Origin: Okamejei kenojei
Taxonomy: Eukaryota
DNA length: 64,000 nucleotides
Direction: 5' to 3'
NCBI GenBank assembly: GCA_035221665.1
Contig: CM069140.1
Span: 5,022,001-5,086,000, forward strand
In this document: in pieces, positions 59,326 to 64,000 of the stretch
How the letters are laid out: each line of letters opens with the position of its first letter
Numbering within the stretch: position 1 is the first letter of the stretch
Translations under genes and position numbers: made by a program
Notes under the pieces: generated by a model
What the model saw: only the letters and a program-made list of their open reading frames with translations
Databases searched by the model: none
Told to the model about the DNA's origin: nothing

Positions 59326-59590
59326 CCCACCCGTGGTCTCCACGTCGGAGCACCCCCCGCGGTCTCTGTGGTGGAGCTCCCCTCGCGGTCTCAACACGGA
59401 GCTCCCCCCCCCCCGCCGTTGTCTCAACACGGAGCTCTCCCGTGGTCTCAGCACGGAGCTCCCCCCGTGGTCTCAGCATGGAGCTCCCCTCATGGTCTCA
59501 GCATGGAGCTCGCTCCCCACACCGCCCATGGCCTCCACGTTGAAGCTATCCCCCTGGTCTCCATGTGGGAGCTCCCCTGTGGTCTCTACA
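59326..59590 (+). repeat. ~24-bp minisatellite (CCCGTGGTCTCAGCACGGAGCTCC)n, about 10 units
   Basis: Read directly from the sequence. Confidence 0.85.
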
Positions 59591-60104
59591 TTCGATAGTA
59601 AATTTATGCTTACACAGTAGCACGTCCGTTTCTGACTTACGTAACATCTGACTTATTCACGGTTACGTGCGACGTAGCCCACACATAAGTTGTGGAGTGC
59701 CTGTGCTCAGGATTACATTAAGAGCTCCACTAAACAACATTAATTTTAAAGTGATAATGCTGGAAACACTCAGAAGGTCAGGCATCATCTGTGGAAAGGC
59801 AGATATGAGGAAATAACAAGCTGCCACGAAAGTGATAACATTGTGGATGTGGTGTATTTTGAATCTTTAGATGTTGGACTTTGGAGTTGCAGCACTGAAA
59901 CAGGCCCTTTGGCCCACCGGGTCCATGCTGACCAGTGATCACCCCACACACCAGCTCTATCCTGCACACTGGACAATTTACAATATTACGAAAACCAATT
60001 ATCCTACAAACCTGTACGTGCTTGGAGTGTGGGAGGAAACCGGAACACATGGAGAAAGTGTAAACTCCTCACAGAAGTGAAAAGACCAGAAATGGCAGGT
60101 TTGG

Positions 60105-60420
60105 TTTAGTTTAGTTTAGTGATACAGCATGGAAACAGGCCCCTCAGCCCACCGTCCATGCCGACCAGCGATCACCTGTTCTATACTAGTTCTATGTTAT
60201 CCCACTTTCCCATCCACTCTCTACAATTGGAGGCTATTTACAGACACTAATTGACTGACAAACCTACACGTGTCTGAGGTGTGGGAGGAAACTGGAGCAC
60301 CCGGAGAAAATCACGGGGGAGAACATACAAACTCCATACAGACAGCACCCATGGTCAGGATCGAACCCTAGTCTCTGGCGCTGTAAGGCAGCAACTCTAC
60401 CGCTGCGCCACCGTGCCACC
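60105..60420 (-). mobile_element. HE1-like SINE
   Basis: Full head-to-tail copy. Confidence 0.8.
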
Positions 60421-60684
60421 CCATTAGATTCAGAAGGTATTTAACAAGGTGCCACATAATCATGAGAACTGTTGTGGTATGAGATGGAATGTGTAGGTAT
60501 AGATTAGTTAAGGCAGAGAAGATAGAGAGTTGGTATGAATTAAGTTTCTTCTGGCTGGAAGGAGGTAAATGATGGATGCCCCAACGATCGGTTCTTTGCC
60601 CTCAGTTATTTACAATTTATATTAAAAACCTGGAAGAGATGGTAAAGTATATTAAGTGATGAGGACATACAAACTATGATGGCG

Positions 60685-61215
60685 GAAATGCACCACAGAT
60701 GCGCCGTATTATCGGGATGCATCACAGCACGGTTTGGGAACAGCTCCATCCAAGACTGCAAGAAATTGCAGATAATTGTGGACGCAGCCCAGACCATCAC
60801 ACAAACCAACCTCCCTTCCATTGACTCCATTTACACCTCACGCTGCCTCGGCAAGGCCAGCAGCATAATCAAGGACCAGTCGCACCCTGGCCGCTCCCTC
60901 TTCTCCCCTCTCCCATCAGGCAAAAGGTACAGAAGTGTGAAACGCACACCTCCAGATTCAGGGACAGTTTCTTCCCAGCTGTTATCAGGCAACTGAACCA
61001 TCCTACCACAACTAGAGAGCGGTGCTGAACTACTATCTACCTCACTGGTGACCCTCGGACTATCCTTGATGGGACTTTGCTAGCTTTACCTTGCACTAAA
61101 CGTTATTCCCTTACCATGTACCTGTACACTGTAAATGGCTCGATTGTAATCATGTGTAGTTTTTCCGCTGACGGGATAGCACGCAACAAAAGCTTTCTAC
61201 TGTACCATAAACTAG
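60685..61215 (+). mobile_element. Rex1/Babar-type LINE 3' fragment
   Basis: ORF 60676-60996. Confidence 0.75.
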
Positions 61216-61569
61216 ACTGAACCAAACTAATGTCCAGACTTTTATGTGATTCGATTAAAAATCCATGTAATAGACTGACACTTAAACCAAGCACCAAGAA
61301 GACAAACCTCTTCAACAACTTGAAAAACTGAAAAACTGTGTGAGATCATGTACCTAGGCAAGAGTATATAAAGGTAGGCGGGAGAAAAGTTGCAGATGAG
61401 TTTAGTACAGAGGGATCTAGGTGATTTTCATGAATAAATCACTGAGGGTTTGCAGGCATGTGCAAATAGTGGCTCAGAAGAAGAGATGATGCCGATCAGT
61501 CACAAACATATATAATAACAATGCAGGTTTCAGTCCATATAAACTACCCAACTCAAATGTTCTTATGGG

Positions 61570-61878
61570 TGGCTCGGTGGCGCAGCGGTAGAGTTGCTGC
61601 CTTACAGCGTCAGGGACCCGGGTTCCATCCGGACTACGGGTGCTGTCTGTACGGAGTTTGTACGTTCTCCCCGTGACCTGCGTGGCTTTTCTCCAAGATC
61701 TTCGGTTTCCTCCCACACTCCAAAGATGTACAGGTTTGTAGGTTAATTGGCTTGGTACAAATATAAAATTGTCCCTAGTATGTGGAGGGTAGTGCTAATG
61801 TGCGGGGATCACTGGTCAGCACGGACTCGGTGGGCCGAAGGGCCTGTTCTTGCGTTGTATCTCTAAACTAAACTAAAA
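61570..61878 (+). mobile_element. HE1-like SINE
   Basis: GGTGGCGCAGCGGTAGAGTTGCTGCC head to TAAACTAAAC tail. Confidence 0.85.
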
Positions 61879-62034
61879 CCTGACATTTATCCTCCTCCAT
61901 TTAAAATATTAACTTTGTTTCACCAGCCACAAATGCTGCTGATTGTTACAAGGATTGGTTTTATTTCAAACATCCGGCATCTGCAAATTTCTTGATTTGC
62001 TTTCTCCAAGTGACATTATTTTGGTTATTATTTG

Positions 62035-62398
62035 GTTATAAAATCATGAAAGGAATCGATCGGGGAGATGCACAGAGTCTCTTGCCCAGAGTAGGTGAAT
62101 CGAGGACCACAGGACATAGGTTCAAGGTGAAGGGGGAGAGATTTAACAGGAATCTGAGGGGTCACCTTTTCACACAAAGGGTGGTGGGTGTATGGAACGA
62201 GCTGCCGGAGGAGGTAGTTGAGGCTGGGACTATCCCAACATTTTAAGGAACATTTAAACAGATACATGGATAGGACAGGTTTGGAGGGATATGGTCCAAA
62301 CACAGACTGGTGGGACTAGTGTAGCTGGGACATGTTGGTCGGTGTGGGCAGGTTGGGCTGAGGGGCCTGTTTCCATGCTGTATCACTCTATGACTCTA
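62035..62398 (+). mobile_element. CR1 3' fragment
   Basis: KIMKGIDR...FTQRVVGVWNELPEEVVEA. Confidence 0.8.
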
Positions 62399-62692
62399 CA
62401 TGGCATCCATATTGTACCAACATGAACCTTGCTGTTCAATAACAGATAAAGGGCGGCACAGTGACCTTGAGGGGGCACCATAGCACAGCTGGTAAAGCCG
62501 CTGCCTCGCCGCGCCGGAGACCCGGGTTTTATCCTGACCCCAGGTGCTGTCTGTGTGGAGTTTGCATGTACTCCCTGTGGCCACGTGGGTGCTTCGTTTT
62601 CCTCCCACATCCCAAAGACGTGTGGGTTTGTAGGTTAATTGACCCTCTGTAAATTGCCCCCTAGTGTGTCGGGAGTGGACGAGAAAGTGGGA

Positions 62693-64000
62693 TAGAAACA
62701 TAGAAACATAGAAATTAGGTGCAGGAGCAGGCCATTTGGCCCTTCGAGCCTGCACCGCCATTCAATATGATCATGGCTGATCATCCAACTCAGTATCCTG
62801 TACCTGCCTTCTCTCCATACCCCCTGATCCCTTCAGCCACAAGGGCCACATCCAACTCCCTCTTAAATATGGCCAACGAACTGGCCTCAACCATCTTCTG
62901 TGGCAGAGAATTCCACAGATTCACCACTCTCTGTGTGAAAAACGATCCTCTCATCTCGGTCCTAAAAGACCTCCCCCTTTTCCTTAAACTGTGACCCCTT
63001 GTCCTGGACTTCCACAACATCGGGAACAATCTTCCTGCATCTAGCCTGTCCAACCCCTTAAGAATTTTGTAAGTCTCTATGAGATCACTCCTCAATCTTC
63101 TAAATTCCAGCGAGTACAAGCCGAGTCTATCCAGTCTTTCTTCATATGGAAGTCGTGCCATCCCAGGAATCAGTCTGGTGAACCTTCTCTGTACTCCCTC
63201 TATGGCAAGAATGTCTTTCCTCAGATTAGGAGACCAAAACTGTACGCAATACTCCAGGTGTGGTCTCACCAAGACCCTGTACAACTGCAGTAGAACCTCC
63301 CTGCTCTTGTACTCAAATCCTTTTGCTATGAATGCCAACATACCATTCGCTTTCTTCACAGCCTGCTGCACATGCATGCCTACTTTCAATGACTGGTGTA
63401 CCTTGACACCCAGGTCTCGTTGCATCTCCCCTTTTCCTAATCGGTCACCATTCAAATAATAGTCTACTTTCCTGTTTTTGCCACCAAAGTGGATAACCTC
63501 ACATTTATCCACATTATACTGCATCTGCCATGCATTTGCCCACTCACCCAATCTATCCAAGTCATCCTGCAGCCTCCTAGCATCCTCCTCACAGCTAACA
63601 CTGCCCCCCAGCTTCGTGTCATCCGCAAACTTTGAGATGTTGCATTTAATTCCCTCGTCCATATCATCAATGTATATTGTAAATAGCTGGAGTCCCAGCA
63701 CTGAGCCTTGCAGCACCCCACTAGTCACTGCCTGCCATCCTGAAAAGGACCCATTCACTCCTACTCTTTGCTTCCTGTCTGCCAGCCAGTTCTCTATCCA
63801 CATCAATAATGAACCACCAATACCGTGTGCTTTAAGTTTGTATACCAATCTCTTGTGTGGGACCTTGTCGAAAGTCTTCTGAAAGTCCAGATATAACACA
63901 TCCACTGCTTCTCCCTTATCCACTCTACTAGTTACATCCTCAAAAAATTCAATAAGATTCGTCAGACATGATTTACCCTTCGTAAATCCATGCTGACTTT
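62693..64000 (-). mobile_element. Young CR1 LINE, RT and C-terminal ORF open, running off the window edge
   Basis: Uninterrupted 377-aa ORF 62790-63923 with FADD; (CATAGAAA)n tail. Confidence 0.93.

Overview
Repeat-dense genomic DNA from a cartilaginous fish, most likely a skate or ray. The evidence is an IgX/IgW-type cysteine-rich secretory tail, HE1-type SINEs and HER1/CR1 LINEs. The core of the window is one immunoglobulin heavy-chain IgW (IgX) cluster on the + strand (about 27.0-54.2 kb). It comprises a TATA-like promoter, a leader exon, a pre-joined VH-JH exon with no RSS or D, a possible collapsed CH1 remnant, CH2, the short-form secretory exon, and CH3-CH6 with the long-form tailpiece. 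The cluster is a pseudogene: the V has several deletions, a Harbinger element sits in the JH donor, a CR1 splits the end of CH4, and the tailpiece is frameshifted. No TM exons were recognised. Upstream lie two 5'-truncated DIRS1 tyrosine-recombinase retrotransposons fused back to back (9.4-17.6 kb). Also upstream is a near full-length Tx1/Keno-type LINE that begins with U2 snRNA nt 1-47, sits outside any U2 gene and is flanked by a ~177-bp direct duplication (21.5-26.6 kb). The J-C intron contains a 0.93-kb array of 20-mers built from GAGCT/GGGGT motifs (switch-region-like, inverted orientation) and an inverted pair of histone-H1-like remnants. The rest is CR1, Rex/Babar, SINE, Harbinger MITE and Penelope-like hammerhead-motif repeats. 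Many 1-nt indels in otherwise young elements may be long-read consensus errors. Repeat boundaries were read by eye and are approximate.
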